This document shows, piece after piece, positions 19,526 through 29,349 of a stretch of DNA of 51,513 nt (position 1 is its first letter; every line of letters begins with the position of its first letter). The DNA is taken from contig CAWJMT010000022.1 of assembly GCA_963844035.1 (NCBI GenBank), positions 1 through 51,513 of the forward strand, in the 5' to 3' direction. Position numbers and translations under genes: made by a program. The notes below the pieces were generated by a model. That model saw only the letters and a list, made by a program, of their open reading frames with translations, made no database searches and was not told where the DNA came from. This DNA is from an uncultured Gemmatimonadales bacterium (lineage in GTDB: Bacteria; Gemmatimonadota; Gemmatimonadetes; Gemmatimonadales; GWC2-71-9).

Positions 19526-19849
19526 TCAGGCTTCGCTCTCGAGGACCTCGTCGATCCAGCCGGCGCCGGCGATGGCCAGGGGGAAGCCGCAGGTGGTGAT
19601 GGCCAGCACGGCGACCTGACGGACCTCCCCGGGGGTCGCGCCGGCGGCGATCGCCTTGCGGACGTTGGAGCGCACGGAGCCTTCGGCGGCCACGCCGATG
19701 GCCAGACCCAGCTTCACGAGGCGCGCGGTGCGCTCGTCCAGAGGTCCGGCCGCATCGACGGCTTCGCCCAATCCGTCGAGAGCCTTGGCGACGTCGGGAA
19801 ACCCGTCGCGGAACTTGAGATACACGTTCGGCAGATGCTCTTCGCTCAC
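19526..19849 (-). CDS. Carboxymuconolactone decarboxylase (AhpD-like) family protein
   Basis: [56 protein letters not shown] upstream of the GTG. Confidence 0.85.
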   Translation of the reverse strand: MSEEHLPNVYLKFRDGFPDVAKALDGLGEAVDAAGPLDERTARLVKLGLAIGVAAEGSVRSNVRKAIAAGATPGEVRQVAVLAITTCGFPLAIAGAGWIDEVLESEA

Positions 19850-19865
19850 GATGGTCTCCCTTCGG

Positions 19866-20989
<1,124 letters not shown>

Positions 20990-21270
20990 TCGGAGACTCC
21001 TGCTCTTCGTGGCGTGCTTGGACCATCGGCGTGGCCAGTGCTATCTCGCGAGGCGGCGCGCCAAGCACGTGCGCCCCGTGCAAACGGTGTTGCGCGTGCC
21101 CGTGAGGGCTGGGGCGGTGAAGAGCGGACGCCAAGCTGACAGGTGATGATACCAGTATGCACAGAGCCGAACAAGACCAAACGACCGGGCCGCCACAGGT
21201 CATGACGGACGGCGCCGCCGACGCGCCGTTGGGGCACGTCGGCGGCGATCCGCTGTGCAGCGGCGCCCGC

Positions 21271-22137
21271 TCAGTACGGGCTGGTCGTCGACCCGCCGTA
21301 GGGGTCCGCGGTCTGGGGCTGCTGCTGCAGCGTCCCGGCCTTGATCTGCTCCATGACCTGGATGGCGGTGTTGATGGGCACCGCGAAGCCGATGCCCTCG
21401 TTGCCGCCGGACTGTGAGTCGATCTGCTCGTTGATGCCGATCACGTTCCCGTTGGCGTCGATGAGAGGGCCGCCGGAGTTGCCGGGATTGATGGCGGCGT
21501 CGGTCTGGATGCCGCCGCTGATCGTGGCGCCGTTCGGCGACTGCAGTTCGCGATTCGTCGCCGACACCACGCCCGAGGACAGGGAGAAATCGAGGCCCAG
21601 CGGGTTGCCGATGGCCACGACCGCCTCGCCCACCGTGGCCTTGGAGGAATCGCCGAGAGGGATCGGCACGAGCGCGGGCGTCTGGCTGGGGTCGACCTTG
21701 ATCAGGGCCACGTCGGTGGACTCGTCGGCGCCGACCACGGTGCCCTCGACCTGCGTCCCTTGCGACCCGTCGCCCTTGAAGGTCACGGTGACCGTGCTCA
21801 CGCTCTGGCCGCTCTCGCTGACGACGTGCGCATTGGTGAGGATGTAGCCGTCCTCGGAGACCACGAAGCCCGTGCCCAGAGCCTGACCTCCACCGGTCTG
21901 CTGGCCGAAGATGTCGAAGGTGCCCGGGAACGTGGCCGTGATCTCGACCACGCTTCCGGCGTGCTTCTCGTAGATCTGCTGCGGGGTCAGCCCCGAGCTC
22001 TTGAACGCCGCGTACGCGCCCTTCACGACCGTGGTCTGGCCACCACCGACGAGGCCGAGCACGCTGGCCACGACCAGGAGGACGGCCGCCCCCAGGAAGC
22101 CGGCCACCATCATCGCGAGGAATCGTCTTGTTCTCAT
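21271..22137 (-). CDS. HtrA/DegP-like trypsin serine protease (S1C) with N-terminal anchor and no PDZ domain
   Basis: GTGFVV, ILTNAHVV (His), DVALIK (Asp), IQTDAAINPGNSGGPL (Ser), GIGFAVP. Confidence 0.92.
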   Translation of the reverse strand: MRTRRFLAMMVAGFLGAAVLLVVASVLGLVGGGQTTVVKGAYAAFKSSGLTPQQIYEKHAGSVVEITATFPGTFDIFGQQTGGGQALGTGFVVSEDGYILTNAHVVSESGQSVSTVTVTFKGDGSQGTQVEGTVVGADESTDVALIKVDPSQTPALVPIPLGDSSKATVGEAVVAIGNPLGLDFSLSSGVVSATNRELQSPNGATISGGIQTDAAINPGNSGGPLIDANGNVIGINEQIDSQSGGNEGIGFAVPINTAIQVMEQIKAGTLQQQPQTADPYGGSTTSPY

Positions 22138-22253
22138 TGGTGCACGACCTTTCGTTGACTGCGCCCGCGCGGCCGAAGGCCGGTTTCCAGGCGCTTGATC
22201 TCAGGTACCGCCCGCTTCTGCGGGTCTGCCTGAAGCAACGGTACCCGCGGCGT

Positions 22254-22292
22254 CTGAGGATCTGCTGAGAGAGAGCTGAGGGCGGCCTGTGG
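22254..22292 (-). promoter_or_regulatory. Array of four YC(T/A)CAG hexamers at 11-bp period; MprA/OmpR-family-type operator upstream of htrA
   Basis: Minus strand reads CCACAG-N5-CCTCAG-N5-TCTCAG-N5-CCTCAG. Confidence 0.65.
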
Positions 22293-22409
22293 GTCACCGA
22301 GCCGTCTGCGCGCTTCCCGCGGCGCCACTAGCCCTCATGCGCGCGGATGTGGGAGTATTGGCTCAGTGAAGGAGTGTTTTCGGCGACCATCTCGAGCAAA
22401 GGGAGCACC

Positions 22410-23336
22410 ATGGCACACTTTGGCCCCGACGAAGCCATCGCACGCATCGCGGACTGGAAGGACAAAGACGTCCGCTGGGAAGAGCTGGGCGGCGGCATCA
22501 CCAACCACAACTACATCGTCCTGGTCAACGGCGGCCCCGGCAATCCGGGCGGCGGCAAGTACGTGCTCCGCGTCCCCGGCCAGGGCACCGACATGTTCAT
22601 CGACCGCGACGTCGAGCGCGACTGCATGGTCCAGGCCGACAAGGCCGGCGTCGGGCCCGGCGTGGCCTACCAGATCGACCCCGAGGGCGCCCTGGTCATC
22701 GACTTCGTCGAGGGCGAGATCATGCACCCCGAGACGATGGCCGGGCACCCGGAGCGCATCAAGCAGGCCGTCGAGACAGTCGAAGGTCTTCCACGACAAG
22801 GCCGTCTTCAAGAACGAGATCAAGATCTTCGACATGCTCCGCCGCTACACCAAGATCGCGCGCGGACAACGACACCCCCATGCCGCCCGAGCTCGAGTCG
22901 CTGCTCGCTCGAGATGGAGACCATCGAGAAGGCGACGGCCGTCAACCCGCCCGCCGACGTCGCCTGCCACAACGACCTGCTCAGCGAGAACTTCATCGTC
23001 GACGCCGACGGCAAGATGTGGATCATCGACTGGGAGTACGGCGGCATGACCGACCCCTTCTTCGACCTCGGCGACTTCGTCATGGAGCACCCGTTCTCGC
23101 GCGAGGAGGAACGGCTGATCGCCGCCACCTACTGCGGCGAGATGGACGAAGGGCGCTTCGGCCGCATGATGCTCTACAAGAGCGTCTCGGGCGTATGGTG
23201 GGGCGTGTGGGCGATGATCCAGCACACCTTCTCGAAGATCGAGTTCGACTACATGGAGTGGGGCATGGAGCGCATGGCGCGCGCGCAGGCCGTCGTGGAC
23301 GACCCCGACTATCAGAAGTGGCTCGCCAACGCCTGA
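22410..23336 (+). CDS. Choline/ethanolamine kinase-like (APH family) phosphotransferase; internal frameshifts ~22785-22905
   Basis: LGGGITNHNY, YVLRVPG, IDRDVE, CHNDLLSENF, IIDWEYGGMTDPFFDLG. Confidence 0.85.
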   Translation: MAHFGPDEAIARIADWKDKDVRWEELGGGITNHNYIVLVNGGPGNPGGGKYVLRVPGQGTDMFIDRDVERDCMVQADKAGVGPGVAYQIDPEGALVIDFVEGEIMHPETMAGHPERIKQAVETVEGLPRQGRLQERDQDLRHAPPLHQDRARTTTPPCRPSSSRCSLEMETIEKATAVNPPADVACHNDLLSENFIVDADGKMWIIDWEYGGMTDPFFDLGDFVMEHPFSREEERLIAATYCGEMDEGRFGRMMLYKSVSGVWWGVWAMIQHTFSKIEFDYMEWGMERMARAQAVVDDPDYQKWLANA

Positions 23337-23353
23337 TGCGCGAGGCAGTGACG

Positions 23354-23395
23354 GAAGAAGGGGGCCGGGCGCCGCTGGCGCCCGGCCCCCTCTTC
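23354..23395. terminator. GC-rich hairpin between convergent genes (probable bidirectional terminator)
   Basis: GAAGAAGGGGGCCGGGCGCC-GCT-GGCGCCCGGCCCCCTCTTC. Confidence 0.75.
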
Positions 23396-23416
23396 GCCTG
23401 ACCCTCAGCCTCAGGT

Positions 23417-24250
23417 CTAGCCTGAGATCTCCTCGGACGATCTCGTTCTCCCGCGCCTCGACGGTCAGCGACTCTCCCGGATCGAGCAGCCGGACCTCCA
23501 CGTCGGGCGCCTTCTCGGCGGCGAGCACAGCGAACGCCTCCGGGCGCTTGCGGGTCTTCTGGAACCAGGCATACGTGGCCTGCTTGCCGGCATAGGCGGA
23601 GCCGGGCATGTAGAGCGTCCCCCAGTGGATGGGCACCGCGATCCGCGGCCGCAGCAGCGCCAGTGCGCCGGCTGCCGAGCGCGGGCTCATGTGGCGCCCT
23701 TCCGGCGGCCGCACCCCCCAGGTCTCGATGGGCAGGAGAGCGACGTCGATGCGCTCGTGCAGGTCTTCCATGCCGTCGAAGAGCGCCGTGTCGCCGGCGA
23801 AGTAGACGGTGGACGAGCCCTGGATGATGAAGCCGAGCGGCTCGGTGGGCGGCGTCAGGACCCAGCGGCGGCGCGTGTGACTGGCGTGCACCGCCATGAC
23901 GTCGACGTCGCCGACGTGCAGGAGCGTGTCGCGGCGCGTCTCGATGACCGTTCTGAAGCCGATCTTGTGGACGGTGCGTCCCACCAGCGGCGGCCCGATG
24001 ACCACGGCCGACTTGGGCAGCATCTTCAGCGAGGACGTGTCCAGGTGGTCGATGTGCAGGTGCGAGATGAGCACAGCGTCCAGGCGATGGCGCACGGCGG
24101 CATCGGCAGCGGCCCGTAGCGCCGCAGCGCCCCGGTCCAGCGCTTCAGGGACGGGTCCGTGAGAATGCGCACGCCGTCCATCTCGACCAGCACCGTGCCG
24201 TGGCCGACGTACGTGACTCGAGTGGGCTGTGGCTCGTGCTCCGTGGTCAT
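23417..24250 (-). CDS. MBL-fold metallo-hydrolase; frameshifts ~24100 and ~23435
   Basis: VTYVGHGTVLVE..ILTDP, ISHLHIDHLD, YFAGDT, ALLPI, VPIHWGT. Confidence 0.85.
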
Positions 24251-24333
24251 GGCCGCCCCCTCCTCCACGTGTCGCGGTCGACCCGTTCGTACCCGCCCGT
24301 CGCCGACCTCATGCGGGCGGCCCTCCACGCGGC

Positions 24334-25314
24334 TCACGGCACGTAGCGGCGGCCGCCGGCGTACTCGCGGGCATACGGTTCGGCGGAGAGGGAGACGATG
24401 CTCACCGGCGAACCGGTGGCCGGGGAGTGGATCATGCGCCCGCCGCCAATGTACATCCCCACATGATGGATCTGGCCGGAGGAGCCGCGGAAGAAGACGA
24501 GGTCACCGGCGCGCAGCGCCGTGCGCGCGACCTTGGCGCCCTCCGCGGCTTGCGGGGCGGCGTCGCGCGGGATGGTGACGCCGAGCGCCTGGTAGACGAG
24601 GCAGGTGAAGCCGGAGCAGTCGAGCCCGAACCCCGACATGCCGGCCCAGAGGTACTGCAGTCCCAGAAAGCGGCGCGCCTCGCCGACGAGCTGCGCGCCG
24701 CTGGGCCGCGGCAGGGACGCGCCGCGGCTGCGCAGCGTCACCGCGGCGCGCTTCACGTACAGGTCCGGCCCGTTCAGCATGGCCACGCGCACGGTCGAGG
24801 TCGTCCAGGCCAGCGCGGGGAGGCGCGTGCCGTACGAGAGCTCGAGCACGCGCCCGCTCAGCGACGGCGCCTCCCAGGCCCAGGCGGTCGGCCTGCGGAT
24901 GACCGCCACGCCTCTCCCTGCCACTGGTCTCACGGCGCTGAGCTGTCTCGTCGGCACCCAGCCCGGGTAGCCGCGCGCGTCTCTCGGCGTGGGCTGGCCG
25001 GGCACCGCGACTTTCGACCAGGCGCCGGATGTAGCGAGCAGGGTCACAGGCGTGCCGTAGAGCGCCTGCGTCTCGAGCTTCCCCACCAGCCAGCGCTTCT
25101 GCGCTGTGCTCATCGCGGCGACCCAGGCGCGGGGGTCGGCGACGGTGGCCACGGCGGGGGCATCGACCGGCCGCGCGAGCCCCGGCTCGACCCAGAGCGT
25201 GACCACCGAGACGGCGATCCAGCGGGAGGGCGCGGCGGCGGCGGCCGGCCATGCGCACGCCGCGACCGCGAGCATCACGGTCACGCCCAGGACGGCGCTT
25301 CGCAGGCCTCTCAC
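24334..25314 (-). CDS. Secreted NlpC/P60 (C40) peptidase, YkfC-like
   Basis: Signal peptide; TQALYG, GYPGWVP, YLWAGMSGFGLDCSGF, IPRDA, GDLVFF, HHVGMY, MIHSP. Confidence 0.9.
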   Translation of the reverse strand: MRGLRSAVLGVTVMLAVAACAWPAAAAAPSRWIAVSVVTLWVEPGLARPVDAPAVATVADPRAWVAAMSTAQKRWLVGKLETQALYGTPVTLLATSGAWSKVAVPGQPTPRDARGYPGWVPTRQLSAVRPVAGRGVAVIRRPTAWAWEAPSLSGRVLELSYGTRLPALAWTTSTVRVAMLNGPDLYVKRAAVTLRSRGASLPRPSGAQLVGEARRFLGLQYLWAGMSGFGLDCSGFTCLVYQALGVTIPRDAAPQAAEGAKVARTALRAGDLVFFRGSSGQIHHVGMYIGGGRMIHSPATGSPVSIVSLSAEPYAREYAGGRRYVP

Positions 25315-25342
25315 GCGAGCAGTCCGACGCGCTCCCGCGGCC

Positions 25343-25612
25343 CTACAGCCGCGCGAGCAGCTGGAGCACCACGAAGAGGACGATGAGGGCGACGATGCTG
25401 CTGAAGTCGACCCCCGACCCGCCGAGGCGCACCACCGGGATGAGGCGACGGAACGGGCCCAGGTACGGCTCCGTCACGTCGACGAGCACCGCGTTGACCC
25501 GGTACACGACGGTGCCCGGGCGCGGATCCAGCCAGCTCATCACCGCCCGGGCGACGATGAGCCAGGCGTAGATCGTGACGGCGAGGTAGATCATGTACAC
25601 AAGACCGCTCAT
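25343..25612 (-). CDS. yggT: YggT family membrane protein
   Basis: IYAWLIVARAVMSW..DVTEPYLGPFRRLIP..GVDFSSIVA. Confidence 0.88.
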   Translation of the reverse strand: MSGLVYMIYLAVTIYAWLIVARAVMSWLDPRPGTVVYRVNAVLVDVTEPYLGPFRRLIPVVRLGGSGVDFSSIVALIVLFVVLQLLARL

Positions 25613-25710
25613 GCAGACTCCTTGAAGCGGGATGCGCTTGCCTCGTGGCGGGCTGCCTTCCCGAGGTGATTCTAGAGCAGTCTGTGCCGGTACGCCGCAG
25701 CGCCGCCGCG

Positions 25711-27651
25711 TCAACCCTTCAGATACCGGTCGAACCACTCCAGCACGATCTCAAAACGCTGCACGCGGTGGGCCGGGCTGCCCGAGCGGGTGAGCTCGTG
25801 AGACTCCCCGGGGAAGCGCACGAACTCGACCGGCCGCTTCAGCAGGCGGAGCGTCACGAAGAGGTGCTCCGCCTGCTCGACGGCGCAGCGCAGGTCGTTC
25901 TCCGAATGCAGGATCAGGAGCGGCGTGTGGATGCGCTCGGCGTAGGTCGCCGGCGAGATGCTGAGGTACGCGTCCACGTCCTCGTAGATGAACGAGCCGA
26001 GATACCCCTTGAAGTCCCAGCCGAAGTCGCTGGAGCCCCATTCCGAGACCAGCTGATTCACGGCGCGCTCCGACACGGCGGCCTTGAACCTGTCCGTGTG
26101 GCTCACGATCCACGACGTCATGTAGCCGCCGTAGGAGCCCCCGATCACGCCCAGTCGCTCGCCGTCGATGAAGTCGTAGCGATACGCGGCCTCCTCGGTG
26201 ACGGCCATGCAGTCCTCGTAGTCCACCGAGCCCCACCCGGGACCTTGCGCACCGGGGCCGCGGATCGCCCGGGCCCACTCCTCGCCGGAGCCGGACGAGC
26301 CCCGCGGGTTCGAGAACACGACGACGTAGCCGGCGCCGCAGTAGACCTGGAACTCGTCGAAGAAGGTGTTGCCGTACTGGCCGAACGGCCCGCCGTGGAT
26401 GTTGAGAAGCGTGGGGTACTTGCGGCCGGGCTCGAAGCCCGCCGGCTTCATGACCCAGGCGTCGACCTGGGAGCCGTCGGCCGACGTGGCCGTGAAGCGC
26501 TCGGCGGCGGCGAGCTCGCGGCCGGCGGCGAAGGCGTCGCCGACCCGCGTGAGCCTCTGACCGGCGGCGAAGAGTTCGCTGAGCCGCGTGGGCTCGTCGG
26601 CGGCGTACACGAGCCGCCCGGCGGCGACGTCGAACCCGGTCACCGTACGTTCGCCGCCCACGACGAGCTCGGGGCCGTGCGAACCGTCGGCGGGCACGCG
26701 GTAGACGTGGGTGTTCCCGTGGTCCTCCAGGGCGAAGACGATCTCGGCCCCGTCCCAGATCGGCTCGCGCAGCTGCGGATACGTGCCGCAGTTACGGTCG
26801 AGAGCGGTGGTCAGTAGCTCGATCGCGCCGGTGCCCGCGTCGACGATCGCGATCTGCGTATGTCTCGGGTCGTCGAAGACCCCCGGGTAACGCTGCACCG
26901 CCAGCCGGGCGCCGTCCGGCGACCAGGAGACACCGTCGATGCTGCCGCCGCCGTGGGTGAGCCGCCGCGGCTCTCCTGCTTCGGCGGCCACGACGTACAC
27001 GTCGCTGACCGGCTCGATGTCCCAGTCCGGTCCGCGCGCCGAGACAAAGGCCAGCGTGGCGCCGTCCGGAGACCACGATGGCCCCGAGTCCTCGTAGTCG
27101 CCGTCGGTGAGCTGGACGGGCTCGCCGCTGCCGTCCGCGCGAACCGTGAACAGGTGCTGCCGGCGGTCGGCGGTCCAGCCGACGTTGTCGTGCTTGTACT
27201 GCAGGCGGGTGAAGCGCCGCGGCTGGCGGCGTTTGTCGTCCTCTTCGTCGTAGGCGGCGCCAGGCACCCGCGCGACGAAGACGATGGTCGCGCCGTCCGG
27301 TGACCAGGCGGGCTGGGTCACGTCTTCCTTGAGGCTCGTGAGCTTGCGCGGCTCGCCGCCGGCCAGCGGCATCACGTAGAGCTGCCTGGCCTTGCCCTCG
27401 CGGTTCGAGGTGAAGGCGAGCTGCGCACCGTCCGGCGACCAGCGCGGGTCGGCGTCGTGCCTGGCGCCGGAGGTGAAGGGGCGCGGCTCCGCCGCGCCGT
27501 CCGCCGACGCCAGGCAGATCGTCCCGCGGTAGTCGTTAGCCTCGGCATCGACCGCAGCCACCACGTAGGCCACCGTCGCGCCGTCCGGTGAAAGGCGGGG
27601 ATCGGCCACGCCGGTCAGTAGAAAGACATCTTCCGGCACCATCGCGTTCAT
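25711..27651 (-). CDS. S9 family peptidase (acylaminoacyl/dipeptidyl peptidase) with beta-propeller
   Basis: Repeated WSPDG propeller motifs; NIHGGP, NPRGS, GGSYGG (Ser), HSENDLRC (Asp), ESHELTRSG (His). Confidence 0.93.
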   Translation of the reverse strand: MNAMVPEDVFLLTGVADPRLSPDGATVAYVVAAVDAEANDYRGTICLASADGAAEPRPFTSGARHDADPRWSPDGAQLAFTSNREGKARQLYVMPLAGGEPRKLTSLKEDVTQPAWSPDGATIVFVARVPGAAYDEEDDKRRQPRRFTRLQYKHDNVGWTADRRQHLFTVRADGSGEPVQLTDGDYEDSGPSWSPDGATLAFVSARGPDWDIEPVSDVYVVAAEAGEPRRLTHGGGSIDGVSWSPDGARLAVQRYPGVFDDPRHTQIAIVDAGTGAIELLTTALDRNCGTYPQLREPIWDGAEIVFALEDHGNTHVYRVPADGSHGPELVVGGERTVTGFDVAAGRLVYAADEPTRLSELFAAGQRLTRVGDAFAAGRELAAAERFTATSADGSQVDAWVMKPAGFEPGRKYPTLLNIHGGPFGQYGNTFFDEFQVYCGAGYVVVFSNPRGSSGSGEEWARAIRGPGAQGPGWGSVDYEDCMAVTEEAAYRYDFIDGERLGVIGGSYGGYMTSWIVSHTDRFKAAVSERAVNQLVSEWGSSDFGWDFKGYLGSFIYEDVDAYLSISPATYAERIHTPLLILHSENDLRCAVEQAEHLFVTLRLLKRPVEFVRFPGESHELTRSGSPAHRVQRFEIVLEWFDRYLKG

Positions 27652-27846
27652 CTCCTACCCCCTCGCTCGTCGTGGAGAGCTTGGCCGCGCGCCCATCGCA
27701 CCGGACCTCGATCGTTCACGCAAGTGTACGTCGCAGCCACCGGCGTCCGCACGCCGGATCAGCTCTGCACCGGAGCGGCTGCCCGGCGTGTGAAGCCCTA
27801 TCTGGCGGGTACAGGACGAGTGGAGACTCCGCCGGCGGGAGGCTGC

Positions 27847-29328
27847 ATGGCTCACATCGAACTCATCCTGACGGCTGCGTGCGTGCTCGTGCTGCTCAGC
27901 ATCGTCGCGAGCAAGGCGTCGAGCCGCTTCGGCGTACCCTCACTCCTCCTGTTCCTGGCCATCGGCATGCTCGCGGGCTCCGAAGGCCTGGGCGGCATCT
28001 ACTTCGACAACGCCGAAGTGGCACGCTCTGTCGGCGTCGTCGCTCTCGCCCTCATCCTCTACTCCGGCGGGCTGGACACGAACGTCGGCGGCCTGCGGCG
28101 AGTGCTCGCCCGCGGCATGGCCCTGTCGACGGTCGGCGTGCTCACGGCTGCCGCCCTCACCGGCGCCTTCGCCATCGTCATCACCGACCTGGCGCCTCTC
28201 CAGGCGCTGCTGCTGGGGGTCGTCGTGTCGTCCACTGATGCGGCCGCCGTCTTCAGCGTCTTGCGCGCCCGCCAGGTCCACCTCCCGGGCAAGGTGCGCG
28301 ACCTCCTCGAGCTCGAATCGGGGAGCAACGATCCGATGGCGGTGTTTCTCACCGTGTCGCTGGTCGCCCTCATCATGGAGCCGGGAACGCCCGCATGGAC
28401 GCTCGCCGGGTCGTTCGTCGTGCAGATGGGGCTCGGCGCGATCCTCGGCTACGCGCTGGGCCGGACGACCGCGTCGGTCATCAACCGCGCCCAGCTCGAC
28501 CACGAGGGGCTCTACCCGGTGCTGAGCCTCGCGCTTGTGCTCCTCACGTACTCGCTGACGGCCTGGATCGGCGGAAACGGGTTCCTCGCCGTGTACATCG
28601 CCGGAATCGTCATGGGCGGCCGCGCCTATCTGCACAAGCGAAGCCTGGTCAAGTTCCACGACGGGCTCGCCTGGCTGATGCAGATCGCCATGTTCCTCAC
28701 GTTGGGGCTGCTGGTCTTCCCCTCCCGGGTGGCGGAGGTCGCCGGACTGGGCCTCGTCGTCTCGGCGTTCCTGGTCTTCGTGGCGCGCCCGCTCAGCGTG
28801 TACCTGAGCTTGGCCGGCTCATGCTACAGCCTGCCTGCCCAGACGCTGATCGGCTGGATCGGCCTGCGCGGCGCGGTCCCGATCATTCTGGCGACGTTCC
28901 CTCTCGTCGCAGGCGTGCCCGGCAGCGGCCGGCTGTTCGACGTCGTGTTCTTCATCGTCCTCGTTTCGACGCTGCTTCAAGGCACGACCATCCCGGCAGT
29001 GGCCCGCTGGCTGCGCGTCAGCGGACCGGCCTTCGAACCGGAGCCGATCGGCAGCGGTCAGCCGCTACGGCGCAGACTCGTCGAGTTCACGGTGCCGGCG
29101 ACGTCGCCGCTGGTGGGGCGACAGGTGCTTCATGCCGGACTCCCCGAGAATGCCCAGGTCGTGCTGATCCGGAGGTACGACGCGTATCTCCTCGCCGGCG
29201 GTAGCTCGCGCCTCCGGCAAGACGACATCCTCCTGACGCTGGTGGACAACGAGGCGCTGCGCGCCATCGAGGGAAGCGCTGCACTGGAGCGGGTCCCCGG
29301 CCCGCCCTCGGTGTGCGGGCCGCCGTGA
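27847..29328 (+). CDS. nhaP2: Potassium/proton antiporter (CvrA/NhaP2) with C-terminal TrkA-C domain
   Basis: GVPSLLLFLAIGMLAGSEGLGGI, SSTDAAAVF, LELESGSNDPMA, GLRGAVPIILATFP. Confidence 0.9.
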   Translation: MAHIELILTAACVLVLLSIVASKASSRFGVPSLLLFLAIGMLAGSEGLGGIYFDNAEVARSVGVVALALILYSGGLDTNVGGLRRVLARGMALSTVGVLTAAALTGAFAIVITDLAPLQALLLGVVVSSTDAAAVFSVLRARQVHLPGKVRDLLELESGSNDPMAVFLTVSLVALIMEPGTPAWTLAGSFVVQMGLGAILGYALGRTTASVINRAQLDHEGLYPVLSLALVLLTYSLTAWIGGNGFLAVYIAGIVMGGRAYLHKRSLVKFHDGLAWLMQIAMFLTLGLLVFPSRVAEVAGLGLVVSAFLVFVARPLSVYLSLAGSCYSLPAQTLIGWIGLRGAVPIILATFPLVAGVPGSGRLFDVVFFIVLVSTLLQGTTIPAVARWLRVSGPAFEPEPIGSGQPLRRRLVEFTVPATSPLVGRQVLHAGLPENAQVVLIRRYDAYLLAGGSSRLRQDDILLTLVDNEALRAIEGSAALERVPGPPSVCGPP

Positions 29329-29349
29329 ACGCCCCTCCGGGTCCGACTC

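Noticed and set aside
22845..24095. MBL hydrolase with a long tail overlapping the kinase gene
   Set aside because: A single extra base near 23435 bypasses the likely stop at 23417; a terminator hairpin separates the genes
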